NCBI GenBank assembly: GCA_035536185.1
Contig: DATLOM010000008.1
Location: 32,400-96,399 of the forward strand
Direction of reading: 5' to 3'
DNA: 64,000 nucleotides
From: Acidimicrobiales bacterium
GTDB taxonomy: Bacteria; Actinomycetota; Acidimicrobiia; Acidimicrobiales; GCA-2861595
Position 1 is the stretch's first letter. Every line of letters starts with the position of its first letter. The position numbers and the translations under genes are program-made. Positions 35,668-44,506 of the stretch are shown here, piece after piece. Under the pieces are notes generated by a model. That model was not told the DNA's origin and made no database searches. It was given only the letters and a program-made list of their open reading frames with translations.

Positions 35668-36729
35668 ATGCCCCTGAAGTCAACTCCCCTGCCCCGGCGC
35701 GCCCTGGCTCTGCTGGCCATGGTCGCCCTGGCGGTCCCCGCCTGCTCGAGCGACAGCGACGAGCCGTCGGCCACTCCCGGCGGCGACGGGGACAAGGGCG
35801 AGAAGCCGGTCCCCACCACGGTCGCTCCCCGGCCGGCGCCGCTCACGGGCCTGATCCTCTCGGACGGCACCATCGCCGACCGACCGGCGGTGGTGGTCAA
35901 GGTGGACAACAGCCCGTCGGCCCGCCCCCAGGCCGGCCTCGACAAGGCCGACGTGGTCATCGAGGAGAAGGTCGAGGGAGCGATCACCCGTTTCCTGGCT
36001 GTGTTCCACTCGGAGGACGCCGAGCTGGTGGGCCCGGTGCGCTCGGTGCGCTCCACCGATGCGCCCGTCGTTTCGGCCTTCGGCGGTGTCTTCGCCTTTG
36101 CCGGCGGCATCCCGCCCTTCGTAGCCATGGCCAACAGCGCGCCGGTGACGGTGATCACAGAGCAGGCCCGGCCGGACGCCTTCAAGCTGCGGGCCGACAA
36201 GCGCCGCCCGTTCAAGACCTACGCCTCCACCGAGCGGCTGCGGGGCCTGGCCGGCAGCCGATCCCAGCCACCGCCCCGGCTGTTCGAGCTGCGGGCCGAG
36301 GGCGAGCCCTTCACCCCCGCCGGCGCCGTGCCGGCCACCCACGCCACCGTCGTATTCGGTGGGCTGACGAAGTCCGACTGGGACTTCGATGTCGCCTCCA
36401 ACCAGTGGCGCCGGTCGACCAATGGCACGCCCCACGTCATCGAAGGGGGCGGCCAGCTCTCGTTCGCCAACGTCATCATCCAGCGCACGCCCTATCAGGG
36501 GACCCGGTTCACCGACACCAGTGGGGCGAAGGTCGACGAGGCGGTGGTCGTAGGTAGCGGCGACGCGGTGATCCTCTCCGGCGGCAGCCAGGTGGCGGCG
36601 AAGTGGTCGAAGCCTTCGGCCAGTGCCGTCACCACCTACCGCGACAGCGCCGGCGCTCCGATCAAGCTGGCGCCCGGCCGCACGTGGATCTCCCTCCCAC
36701 CGACGGCCGCGGCCATCACCGTTCGCTGA
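35668..36729 (+). CDS. DUF3048 lipoprotein, copy 2
   Basis: Lipobox VPAC, VVKVDN-PSARPQAGL, VEGAITRF and GPVRSVR motifs. Confidence 0.85.
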   Translation: MPLKSTPLPRRALALLAMVALAVPACSSDSDEPSATPGGDGDKGEKPVPTTVAPRPAPLTGLILSDGTIADRPAVVVKVDNSPSARPQAGLDKADVVIEEKVEGAITRFLAVFHSEDAELVGPVRSVRSTDAPVVSAFGGVFAFAGGIPPFVAMANSAPVTVITEQARPDAFKLRADKRRPFKTYASTERLRGLAGSRSQPPPRLFELRAEGEPFTPAGAVPATHATVVFGGLTKSDWDFDVASNQWRRSTNGTPHVIEGGGQLSFANVIIQRTPYQGTRFTDTSGAKVDEAVVVGSGDAVILSGGSQVAAKWSKPSASAVTTYRDSAGAPIKLAPGRTWISLPPTAAAITVR

Positions 36730-36760
36730 GCGGTCGGCGGCGCGCAGACTTCCCGCAGGC

Positions 36761-38224
36761 CTACAGCTGGAGCGCCTTGGTCGTCATGAACTCCTCGACG
36801 CCGTGGCGCCCGAGCTCCCGGCCGTGGCCGGACTGCTTGAAGCCGCCGAAGGGCGCCAGCGGGTTGAAGGCCCCGCCGTTGACCGCCACCTGGCCGCTGC
36901 GGAGCCGCCGGGCCACCCTCTGAGCCCGCTCGGCGTCGGCTGACCACACGGCGCCGGAGAGCCCGAAGGCCGTGCCATTGGCGATGGCCACGGCGTCCTC
37001 CTCGGAGTCATAGGGGATCATGGCCAGCACGGGCCCGAAGATCTCCTCCTGGGCGATGGACATCCGCGGATCGACATCGGAGAAGATGGTCGGTCGCACG
37101 AACCATCCCCGCTCCTGACCTTCGGGGGCGCCCGATCCGCCGGCGACCAGGCGGGCGCCATCGGCGAGCCCCTGCTCGATGAAGTCCCACACCCGCCGGC
37201 GCTGGCGCTCGGACACCAGCGGGCCCAGCCGTGTCGTCGGCTCGAAAGGGTCACCGGGGGTGTACTGGCCGGCGGCGGCGGCGGCCAGCGCCTCGGCCTC
37301 CTCCAGCCGACCGCGTGGGACGAGCATCCGCGTGAGCGCAGAACAGGTCTGTCCGGAGTTGAGGAAGGCGCCGGTCACGCCGGCGGAAACGGCACTGGGC
37401 AGGTCCGCGTCGTCGAGGATCACCGTCGCCGACTTCCCGCCCAGCTCCAGGGCCACGGGCTTCACCGATGCCGCCGCCAGCTCGGTCACCCGGCGCCCTG
37501 TCGCGACCGAACCGGTGAAGGAGACGAGGTCGACCTCGGGGTGGACGACCAGCGCCTCGCCGACCTCCGGACCGGTCCCGGAGACGAGGTTGAAGACGCC
37601 CGGCGGGAGCCCGACCTCATGGACCACGTCGGCGAGGATAAATGCGCTCAACGGCGCCAGCTCGCTCGGCTTGGCGACCATCGTGCAGCCGGCGGCCAGA
37701 GCCGGCGCGACCTTGGCCGCCAGCTGGTGGAGCGGGTAGTTCCAGGGAGTGATGCCGGCCACCACGCCCACCGGCTCCAGCAGCACGAGCGAGTTCCCCA
37801 CCCGCTCCTCGAAGGTGATCTCGGCGAGGATCTGGGGCATGACGCTGAAGGTCATGACGGGCAGCCCCCCGTGCACCAGGGCGGAGAAGTTGACCGGCGT
37901 CCCGACCTCCTCGGCCACGACGGCGGCAATGTCGGCGATACGTTCCTGAAGGCCGGCGCCGATGGCGGCGAGGTAGCGCCCTCTCTCCGCGGGGGGCGTG
38001 GCGCTCCAGTCCTCGAAGGCGGCCCGGGCGGCGCGAACGGCGGCGTCGGCGTCGGCGGCCGCACCCTCCGGGACCGAGCCCGTCGCTTCCTCGGTGGCCG
38101 GGTTGAAAACCTCGATGTGGGTGCCGGGCTTGGAGGCGGCCGCCCACGTCCCGTCGATGTACAGGCGGTCGCGATGGCGGATGGACGGGGCGTCTGAGCC
38201 CGCGCCGGCCCCGGCGCCGGCCAC
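36761..38224 (-). CDS. Aldehyde dehydrogenase family protein
   Basis: [24 protein letters not shown] (catalytic Cys) and EEIFGPV motifs. Confidence 0.93.
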   Translation of the reverse strand: MAGAGAGAGSDAPSIRHRDRLYIDGTWAAASKPGTHIEVFNPATEEATGSVPEGAAADADAAVRAARAAFEDWSATPPAERGRYLAAIGAGLQERIADIAAVVAEEVGTPVNFSALVHGGLPVMTFSVMPQILAEITFEERVGNSLVLLEPVGVVAGITPWNYPLHQLAAKVAPALAAGCTMVAKPSELAPLSAFILADVVHEVGLPPGVFNLVSGTGPEVGEALVVHPEVDLVSFTGSVATGRRVTELAAASVKPVALELGGKSATVILDDADLPSAVSAGVTGAFLNSGQTCSALTRMLVPRGRLEEAEALAAAAAGQYTPGDPFEPTTRLGPLVSERQRRRVWDFIEQGLADGARLVAGGSGAPEGQERGWFVRPTIFSDVDPRMSIAQEEIFGPVLAMIPYDSEEDAVAIANGTAFGLSGAVWSADAERAQRVARRLRSGQVAVNGGAFNPLAPFGGFKQSGHGRELGRHGVEEFMTTKALQL

Positions 38225-38227
38225 GGC

Positions 38228-38680
38228 TCAGGCCCCAGCAGCCGTGGTGAGGCGCTCCTCCAGGCGCGCCCCGGCCCGGCGGACCTCCTCACGGAGAAGG
38301 GACTCGACACCGGGGACGCTGAGGTTGCCTCCGTAGTGGAGGTCCATGGTGAACAGCGACCCGGACCCGCTCACCTCCACCTCGGCCACGAGAACCCATG
38401 GCGAATGTTCCTCTCCGTCGTGCTCCATCCGCTCGAACCGGGCCAGCTTCGGGGTGACCTTCTCGGTGCGCACCATCCGCACCCGCTTGGTCTTCTTGAA
38501 CGGGCCGATGACGATGCCCAGGTCCACCATCCACGCCGGGCCAGGATCCTCGTCGTGGGGGGCGGCCGGCTCGGCTCCGTGAACGAGACCGAGCCACTCC
38601 GGGTAGGTCCCCAGGTCGATCAGCTCGGCGAAGACACGCTGCGGATCGGCGGTGAGGGGGGCAGAGGCGGTGAAGTCCAC
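38228..38680 (-). CDS. SRPBCC/START-fold protein
   Basis: ADPQRVFAELIDLGTYPEWL N-terminus and a C-terminal amphipathic helix. Confidence 0.7.
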   Translation of the reverse strand: MDFTASAPLTADPQRVFAELIDLGTYPEWLGLVHGAEPAAPHDEDPGPAWMVDLGIVIGPFKKTKRVRMVRTEKVTPKLARFERMEHDGEEHSPWVLVAEVEVSGSGSLFTMDLHYGGNLSVPGVESLLREEVRRAGARLEERLTTAAGA

Positions 38681-38733
38681 GGCCGGATCCTACGGGAGCA
38701 GGCTGGTGGCCCCACCCCGAAGGGAGCCTTTCC

Positions 38734-39261
38734 TCAGGCCCTGAACGGCGGCCATCCGGGACGGAAGATGTTCCTGCCGTCGAGGCCGGCCACCAACCAG
38801 GTCCCGCCCGAGCGGCGCAGGGCGAGGCGGCGGAACACCTCGGGCGGGCCTGGCTTGGTCTCCAGGGCAGGAAGGCGCGGCTCGGCGAAGGTCACGATGG
38901 CCACGTCGGGGACCGGCGACTCGGTCCGGCGCACCTTCCAGGTTCGGGTGCTGAACTTGCCCCAGTACTCCCGCCACCGAAGGAGCCTCTCCTTGGCGAA
39001 GCGGTCCCACAACGGGTGGCTCGAGGGGTCAGCGGCAAGCCCCTGGGCGAGCATGTCCCAACCGGGCTGCGGGCCGATGAGCTCGGAGCCGATCTCGGCG
39101 TGGGAGAGGACCCAATGCTGGGCCAGCACGAGCCGCAGGTCACGCTCCATGAGCGGCCACGCCGCCCGCAGGTCCTTGCGGTCCATCACCGCGTCGACCC
39201 AGGCCACGGCGACGGCGACGGCGTCGTCCGGTGCAGCCTCGGCCTCAGATGACGAGGTCAC
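38734..39261 (-). CDS. Hypothetical protein (possible NTF2-like fold)
   Basis: From GTG 39261: AVAWVDAVMDRKDLRAAWPLM...LRRSGGTWLVAGLD. Confidence 0.55.
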   Translation of the reverse strand: MTSSSEAEAAPDDAVAVAVAWVDAVMDRKDLRAAWPLMERDLRLVLAQHWVLSHAEIGSELIGPQPGWDMLAQGLAADPSSHPLWDRFAKERLLRWREYWGKFSTRTWKVRRTESPVPDVAIVTFAEPRLPALETKPGPPEVFRRLALRRSGGTWLVAGLDGRNIFRPGWPPFRA

Positions 39262-39586
39262 CCGGGCCCACCGGAGCGTCGTCGTCCCACATGTCCGAGT
39301 CGTCCTCGCCGTCACCGACGAGCCGGCCGTAGGTGGCCAGAAGGCTGAGAGAGAACTGGATGTCGTCCAGTAGCGAGGCACGGTCCTCGTCCGGCAATGA
39401 CGTCGCCTCCAGCAGCTCCGCCATCTCGTGGGCCTGCAGGTCCTCCATGCGGTAGGCCACGCCCACCAGGAAACGTTGAAGTGCCTGCTGTGTGGCCGTC
39501 TTGTCACCCGTGCTCATGGCGGCGGCGAACGCCTCCCACTCCTGTCGCGCCCATCGCGAGATCACGGCCCCAGCGTTACACAACAC
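39245..39586 (-). CDS. Hypothetical acidic helical protein
   Basis: Coding-like GC3 bias, acidic tail DGEDDSDMWDDD, 17-nt overlap with the downstream ORF. Start uncertain. Confidence 0.5.
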   Translation of the reverse strand: MLCNAGAVISRWARQEWEAFAAAMSTGDKTATQQALQRFLVGVAYRMEDLQAHEMAELLEATSLPDEDRASLLDDIQFSLSLLATYGRLVGDGEDDSDMWDDDAPVGPGDLVI

Positions 39587-39628
39587 GCTCAGCCCCGGCT
39601 CAACACGGGGGGAGCGTTCTCACAGTCA

Positions 39629-39654
39629 GAACCTCGCACCAGAGTGCGAGTTTC
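39629..39654. terminator. Hairpin downstream of the metallophosphoesterase gene
   Basis: GAACCTCGCAC-caga-GTGCGAGTTTC (11 bp, one mismatch). Confidence 0.4.
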
Positions 39655-39681
39655 TCACTGCCGGAACGGGAAGAGACGCGG

Positions 39682-41070
39682 CTAGGCCTGGAAGCGCAGC
39701 GTCTCGGCCGACTCGGCCGAGGAGTTCCACGCCAGCAGGCGGGCCGAGGAGGGCTGGCCGTCCTTGGCCGGGACGATGTGGACGAAGGTCGGCCTGATGG
39801 TGCGAAGGGTCTCCGCCGCCGGCGGCGCCAGGCACGACCACGTGCCGGTGTTGAGGTACTGGGGGGCGCCGGCCCCGAACTCGAGCGGCAGATGCTGGGC
39901 CGCGTGCGTGTGGGCGAAGACGTAGTAGGGCACGCCCACCCCCTCCGCCGTGAGCAGCTCGTGGATGCGTACGGCCGCCTTCTGGAGGTAGCTGACGTGG
40001 CGGCCCGTGGGTGACAGGGGCAGTCCCTTCCTCACGTGGCTGATGACGGCGGCCGCCGTACCGGCCATGCCCAGCGATCTGGTGGCGCCTCGCTTCGAAG
40101 CCATGTACCCGAGCGTGAGCAGCACCACCGCCGGCCCCGAGCGGCGGGTGTTGATCTTCACCGCCTCCTTCATCAGCAACGAGAACGGGCTCTCGGACGC
40201 GGACGACATCTCGTCGATGGCCAGCACGGTCTCGTGGCTGAGGTCCACCTCCTTGGCGTAGGGCTCCAGCAGGTTCGAGCGGTAGGCCTCCCGCCGGGCC
40301 GCCCACGCCGGACCCGAGATGGACCTGGCGTGGCGGGCCAGGTCCCCGAAGATCCCCACTTGCCGGCGCAGCGCCTCCAGCGCCGGACCGCGCTGGCGGC
40401 GAGCTGCCAGCGCGTAGTAGCGGAGCGGAGAGCTGGCGTGGTCGGGGCAGGGGTCGATGTCGTACAGCAGGCGCTCTACGGCCTCGAACAGGAACGTGCC
40501 GATGGGCCGCTCGAGGGGCCCCGGCGGGGCGTCCGAGTACGGGTCGAGCACGGTGCTGAAGCAGTTGAAGCCGTCGTGCTGGCTGCCGTGCTCGGCGTAG
40601 AGCACGCCAGGAAGGTGGTAGATCCAGGGGAAGAAGCGGACCACACCGGCGCCGCTGCCGGCGTCAGCCAGGATCGAGCACAGGCGCTCCTGAAGGGCCG
40701 GGCGCATGAGCTCGGCATCGTGGTTGCCGACGACAATGTCGATCGGGAAGCCGGCGGCGAGAAAGCGGGCCAATCCCCGGAAGACCTCCGGGTGGTTGTC
40801 CACCACCCGCTCGAGAGTGGCCATGGCGACCTGTTCGCTGGGAGCGCCACCCTCCTCGTTGGTGACCAGTTCGCAGCGCAGGAAGTCGAGGAAATCCCCC
40901 AGGATCACGAGCCGCCAGGAGCGGCCTTCAGGCTCGGCCCGCTGCACGAGAGTGTCCAGGAACCGGCAGAGCTCCGAGTCGTGGAAGAAGGTCTCGACAC
41001 AGTGGAGAGCGCCGGGGCCGAGGTGCAGATCGCTGACCAGGACGATGTCCTCGGCACGATGATCGGTCAT
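39682..41070 (-). CDS. Calcineurin-like metallophosphoesterase
   Basis: All five metal-binding motifs present: SDLHLG, GDFLD, GNHD, EHG and AHTH. Confidence 0.85.
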   Translation of the reverse strand: MTDHRAEDIVLVSDLHLGPGALHCVETFFHDSELCRFLDTLVQRAEPEGRSWRLVILGDFLDFLRCELVTNEEGGAPSEQVAMATLERVVDNHPEVFRGLARFLAAGFPIDIVVGNHDAELMRPALQERLCSILADAGSGAGVVRFFPWIYHLPGVLYAEHGSQHDGFNCFSTVLDPYSDAPPGPLERPIGTFLFEAVERLLYDIDPCPDHASSPLRYYALAARRQRGPALEALRRQVGIFGDLARHARSISGPAWAARREAYRSNLLEPYAKEVDLSHETVLAIDEMSSASESPFSLLMKEAVKINTRRSGPAVVLLTLGYMASKRGATRSLGMAGTAAAVISHVRKGLPLSPTGRHVSYLQKAAVRIHELLTAEGVGVPYYVFAHTHAAQHLPLEFGAGAPQYLNTGTWSCLAPPAAETLRTIRPTFVHIVPAKDGQPSSARLLAWNSSAESAETLRFQA

Positions 41071-41259
41071 CGGCACGGGCCGGACCAGTGCCGCCGAAGT
41101 GCGCAGCCAGCCGGGTTCGGATGCGGGAGCACCAGCAAGGCTAACCCGTGGAGTGGTCCCCGAAGGCAGCAGGGGGCGGGACTAGGGGCGCCATTGCTCG
41201 GGTAGGAGGGTCCCTTGGCGCGAGGCCATGCCGGCAACACGCCTGGACAGGAGCATCCG

Positions 41260-41913
41260 ATGAAGAACTTGCAGAGGGCCGAAGACGCCTTGATGTCGAA
41301 GATGGTGAAGGAGGGGTCGGCCAAGGGCGCCACCAGGTTCGGCAGGGCCGCCGACATGCTGAAGCGCCCACCCATGTGGGCGGTCATCGCCGGTGGGCTG
41401 GCCCTCCGGGGCGGGCCGAGCCGTCACGCCGCTGTGCGGGGAACGGTCTGCTACCTCGCCACCGCCCTGGCGCACCTCCCGATCAAGGCACTAGTGGGAC
41501 GGGAGCACCCCAAGAGGTCGAGCAAGGTCGCCAAGATCGGGCCGATCACCTCCTCGTTCCCCTCCGGCCATACGGCCAGCCAGTAGGCCTTCTCGCTCGG
41601 CGCGGCCCAGGAGCTTCCGCTGCTCTTCCCGCCGTTGTACGCGGCTACCGCCGCCGGCGAGTGGTCATTGATCCGGGCCCGCAGCCACTACCCCTCCGAC
41701 GTGGTCGCCGGCGGCGTCCTCGCCGTGGCGGTGGCGGCGGTGGCGTGGAAGCTGTGGCCGACACACCGCTCTTCGGCACGGGAGCAGGGCCAAAAGGCGC
41801 CGCAGGGCACGCAGCCGGGCACGGCGACAACCAACGGCCCCGGCGTGGTTCAGCAACCACAGGCCAGAGAGGCCCCGCCGGCGATCGTCAACCGGGTATC
41901 GAGCGGGACCTGA
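41260..41913 (+). pseudogene. PAP2-family phosphatase interrupted by an in-frame TAG at 41584-41586
   Basis: AGGAG RBS, ATG 41260. Reads ...SSFPSGHTASQ*AFSLG...SLIRARSHYPSDVVAGG in one frame. Confidence 0.8.
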
Positions 41914-41941
41914 CGCCGTGTCTTGGCAAAGGATGGTTGAG

Positions 41942-42352
41942 ATGACAAGGAAGCCCTACACCGCCCACTACCGCTTCGAGGACGGCGACTGGATCGTCGA
42001 GGTGGACGAGATCCCCCAGGTGCACACCTTCGCCACGAGCCTTGCCAAGGCGCAGGCACACATCCGCGAAGCCTTGGCCCTGTGGCTGCAGGTCGAGGAC
42101 ACCACGTCCCTCAGTCTCGATGAGCGTTACGAAGGGCTCCCGGAGAACCTGCTGGACGTCGTGGCCCAAGCGAATGCGGCTCGTGCTCAGGCGAGCGAGC
42201 TTTCAGACCGCGCTCAGCAGCTGACCGCCTCGCCCGCCCGGAGCCTCATCGTCGACCTCGGCATGAGCGGCCGCGGCGCTGCTCGGCTGCTCGGTGTCTC
42301 CCACCAACGGGTCCACCAGCTCGTCCATCAGGACCAGGCCAGATCCGCATAG
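41942..42352 (+). CDS. HicB-family antitoxin with C-terminal HTH
   Basis: YTAHYRFEDGDWIVEVDEIPQVHTFATSLAKAQAHIREAL (HicB fold) plus AARLLGVSHQRVHQL (HTH). Confidence 0.82.
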   Translation: MTRKPYTAHYRFEDGDWIVEVDEIPQVHTFATSLAKAQAHIREALALWLQVEDTTSLSLDERYEGLPENLLDVVAQANAARAQASELSDRAQQLTASPARSLIVDLGMSGRGAARLLGVSHQRVHQLVHQDQARSA

Positions 42353-42382
42353 CCACCGAACCCGCGATTCCTGTCTTAACCG

Positions 42383-42456
42383 TGGGCGTAACAGGACTCG
42401 AACCTGTGACCTCAGCCGTGTGAAGGCTGCGCTCTAACCAACTGAGCCATACGCCC
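42383..42456 (-). tRNA. tRNA-Val (anticodon CAC), CCA not encoded
   Basis: GGGCGTA acceptor, D arm GCTC/GAGC, anticodon stem CAGCC-TTCACAC-GGCTG, T arm ACAGG-TTCGAGT-CCTGT, TACGCCC-A. Confidence 0.96.
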
Positions 42457-43192
42457 GAAGCTCGGTCATGGTAGCGGTCGCCGCCGCCGGCTCCGGGCCC
42501 GGCCCGAGATGAGGGACCCTCAGGGGGATGCTGGAGAGGAGGCCGGCGGGGCGGCGGGGAGGGTGGGCCACCATGCTCAGGCCGGTCGATACCGCGCCGA
42601 GATGGCGCCCCGCAAGGGCCGCCAGCCGATCGGTGGCCGGCACCTGCAGCTCGACGACGGCCAGCCGCAGTCGTGCTCTCAGGCGCCGGGGGATCACCAG
42701 AGGCCCCGACGGACCGGTCTGCAGCGACCGCAGGGGGGCCATGAGCGGCAGCCGGGGGCCCTTCGGCCGTCCCCGCAGCACGAGAGCCCTGTCCTCCCAC
42801 ACCAGCGAACGCTCCTCACCCTCGCCGGACCAGGACATGGAGGCCAGATCCGCCGGCAGGTCCCAGCGCTGCCGGCAGAGCTCGCGAGCCGGTGCCGAGG
42901 TGACAGCCATGCTCGTGACGCACAGCCCGCTGCGCAGGCCCAGGCGGGCCGGCTCGGCCACCGAGAGCTCAAGGTAGGGACCGACCGGTGAGGTCTCGTA
43001 CCGCGCACCGATAACCACGACCGGGCCCGGCAGGGACGACAGCACCGAGGGCAGGCCGCTGGGCCAACCGTCCCCCCGGCGGGCGAAACCGACCACACAC
43101 TCGCCGGTCAGTCGCCACAGGTCGTCCACCGGGGCCCACGCTAGGGCGCTGCCTGCCACCTCTCGAAGAGATCCGATGCCCGGCCGAGCCAC
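42434..43192 (-). CDS. Acetoacetate decarboxylase-like (ADC superfamily) protein
   Basis: ARYETSPVGPYLELSV and RELCRQRWDLP (cf. G-x-WG-P) patterns. Start uncertain; stop lies inside the tRNA gene. Confidence 0.55.
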   Translation of the reverse strand: MARPGIGSLREVAGSALAWAPVDDLWRLTGECVVGFARRGDGWPSGLPSVLSSLPGPVVVIGARYETSPVGPYLELSVAEPARLGLRSGLCVTSMAVTSAPARELCRQRWDLPADLASMSWSGEGEERSLVWEDRALVLRGRPKGPRLPLMAPLRSLQTGPSGPLVIPRRLRARLRLAVVELQVPATDRLAALAGRHLGAVSTGLSMVAHPPRRPAGLLSSIPLRVPHLGPGPEPAAATATMTELRAYGSVG

Positions 43193-43281
43193 CCGGGCCG
43201 AGCGGCGACAGGATCCCGCGACCGTCGGGCTGCGCTATTGGCAGATTGCAGCCGCCGCACCCTCGGATGTTCACTAAGGCA

Positions 43282-44295
43282 ATGCGCATCGCCGTGATCG
43301 CTCCGCCCTGGACCCCCGTGCCCCCGACCCGCTATGGCGGGACAGAGCTCGTGGTGGACATGCTCGCCACTGGATTTCAGGACGCCGGCCACGAGGTCCT
43401 GCTCTACACCACAGGTGACTCCACCTGCCCCGTGCCCAAGGCTTGGGTGCTGCCGACTGCGCCCGAGCCGATCGGCTCCTCGGTCGCCGAGCTCCGCCAC
43501 GTGATGAATGCCTACGACCTGGCCAAGGACTTCGACATCGTCCATGACCACACCGTGATGGGACCGGTCTTCTCAGAGCGCTTCGAGGGCCTCAAGGTCG
43601 TCACCACCATGCACGGCCCCTTCGTGGAGGAGCTGGCCGACATCTACCGCCGTATCGCCGTGACCATCCCGGTCATCGGGATCTCCGAGGCGCAGCGCAA
43701 GCCCGTGCCCGACATCCCGATCAGGCGGGTCATCCACCATGGCGTACCGGTCAGCGCCTTTCCCTACGGCGACGGCAAGGGCGGGTACTGCCTGTTCCTC
43801 GGGCGGATGTCGGCGGACAAGGGCGCCCATCGCGCCACCGAAGCGGCCTACAAGGCGGGCGCTCCGCTCATCATCGCGGCCAAGATGCGCGAGCAGCCCG
43901 AGATCGACTACTTCGAGGCCAACGTCAAGCCCTACCTGAACGAGGACATCCGCTACGTCGGAGAGGTTTCCCACGAGGAGAAGCTGGAGCTTCTGGCCAA
44001 CGCAAGGTGCCTGTTGTTCCCGATCCGCTGGAACGAGCCGTTCGGCATGGTGATGGTGGAAGCGCTGGCCTGCGGGACACCGGTCATCGCCTTCCCCGAA
44101 GGTGCCGCTCCCGAGGTCATCGAGGAGGGCGTCACGGGGTTCCTCTGTGACAACGTCGACGATATGGCCGCCACCATCTCCCGCCTCGACAGCATCGACC
44201 GGGCCGACTGCCGGGCCGCCGTCGAGGGCTACTTCTCGGCCAGAAGGATGGTCGAGGAGCACCTGGAGCTGTTCGAAGAGATCATCCAGAGCTGA
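43282..44295 (+). CDS. Glycosyltransferase family 4
   Basis: MRIAVIAPPW-PVPP-RYGGTE, LGRMSADKG and EPFGMVMVEALACGTPV motifs. Confidence 0.92.
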   Translation: MRIAVIAPPWTPVPPTRYGGTELVVDMLATGFQDAGHEVLLYTTGDSTCPVPKAWVLPTAPEPIGSSVAELRHVMNAYDLAKDFDIVHDHTVMGPVFSERFEGLKVVTTMHGPFVEELADIYRRIAVTIPVIGISEAQRKPVPDIPIRRVIHHGVPVSAFPYGDGKGGYCLFLGRMSADKGAHRATEAAYKAGAPLIIAAKMREQPEIDYFEANVKPYLNEDIRYVGEVSHEEKLELLANARCLLFPIRWNEPFGMVMVEALACGTPVIAFPEGAAPEVIEEGVTGFLCDNVDDMAATISRLDSIDRADCRAAVEGYFSARRMVEEHLELFEEIIQS

Positions 44296-44300
44296 TCGGC

Positions 44301-44328
44301 GGTTTCGGGGGCGGGCGCCGCCGGGTAC
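44301..44328 (+). promoter_or_regulatory. SigB/SigF-type general stress promoter
   Basis: GGTTT-N17-GGGTAC, ending 10 nt before the csbD ATG. Matches the actinobacterial SigF consensus GGWWT-N16/17-GGGTAY. Confidence 0.6.
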
Positions 44329-44338
44329 GCCTCTCACT

Positions 44339-44506
44339 ATGAGCAACTTCGACGACATCAAGGGCAGGGCCAAGGAAGCAGCCGGGGACCTCACCGACGA
44401 CGAGGATCTCCAGCGCGAGGGCAAGGTCGACCAGGCCACCGGCACGGTGAAGGACAAGGTCGGCGACGTGGCCGACAAGGTCAAGGACGTCATCAACAGG
44501 GATTAG
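44339..44506 (+). CDS. CsbD-family stress protein (55 aa)
   Basis: DDIKGRAKEAAGDLTDDEDLQREGKVDQATGTVKDKVG is the CsbD consensus. Confidence 0.9.
   Translation: MSNFDDIKGRAKEAAGDLTDDEDLQREGKVDQATGTVKDKVGDVADKVKDVINRD

Noticed and set aside
38734-39586. A single frameshifted gene
   Set aside because: The upstream ORF has a natural acidic tail and stop, and the downstream one has its own GTG. Two overlapping genes is simpler, though not proven.
41584-41586. Pyrrolysine or selenocysteine recoding of the PAP2 stop
   Set aside because: The codon is TAG (not Sec), PAP2 enzymes are not known Pyl proteins, and no pyl genes or tRNA-Pyl are in the window.
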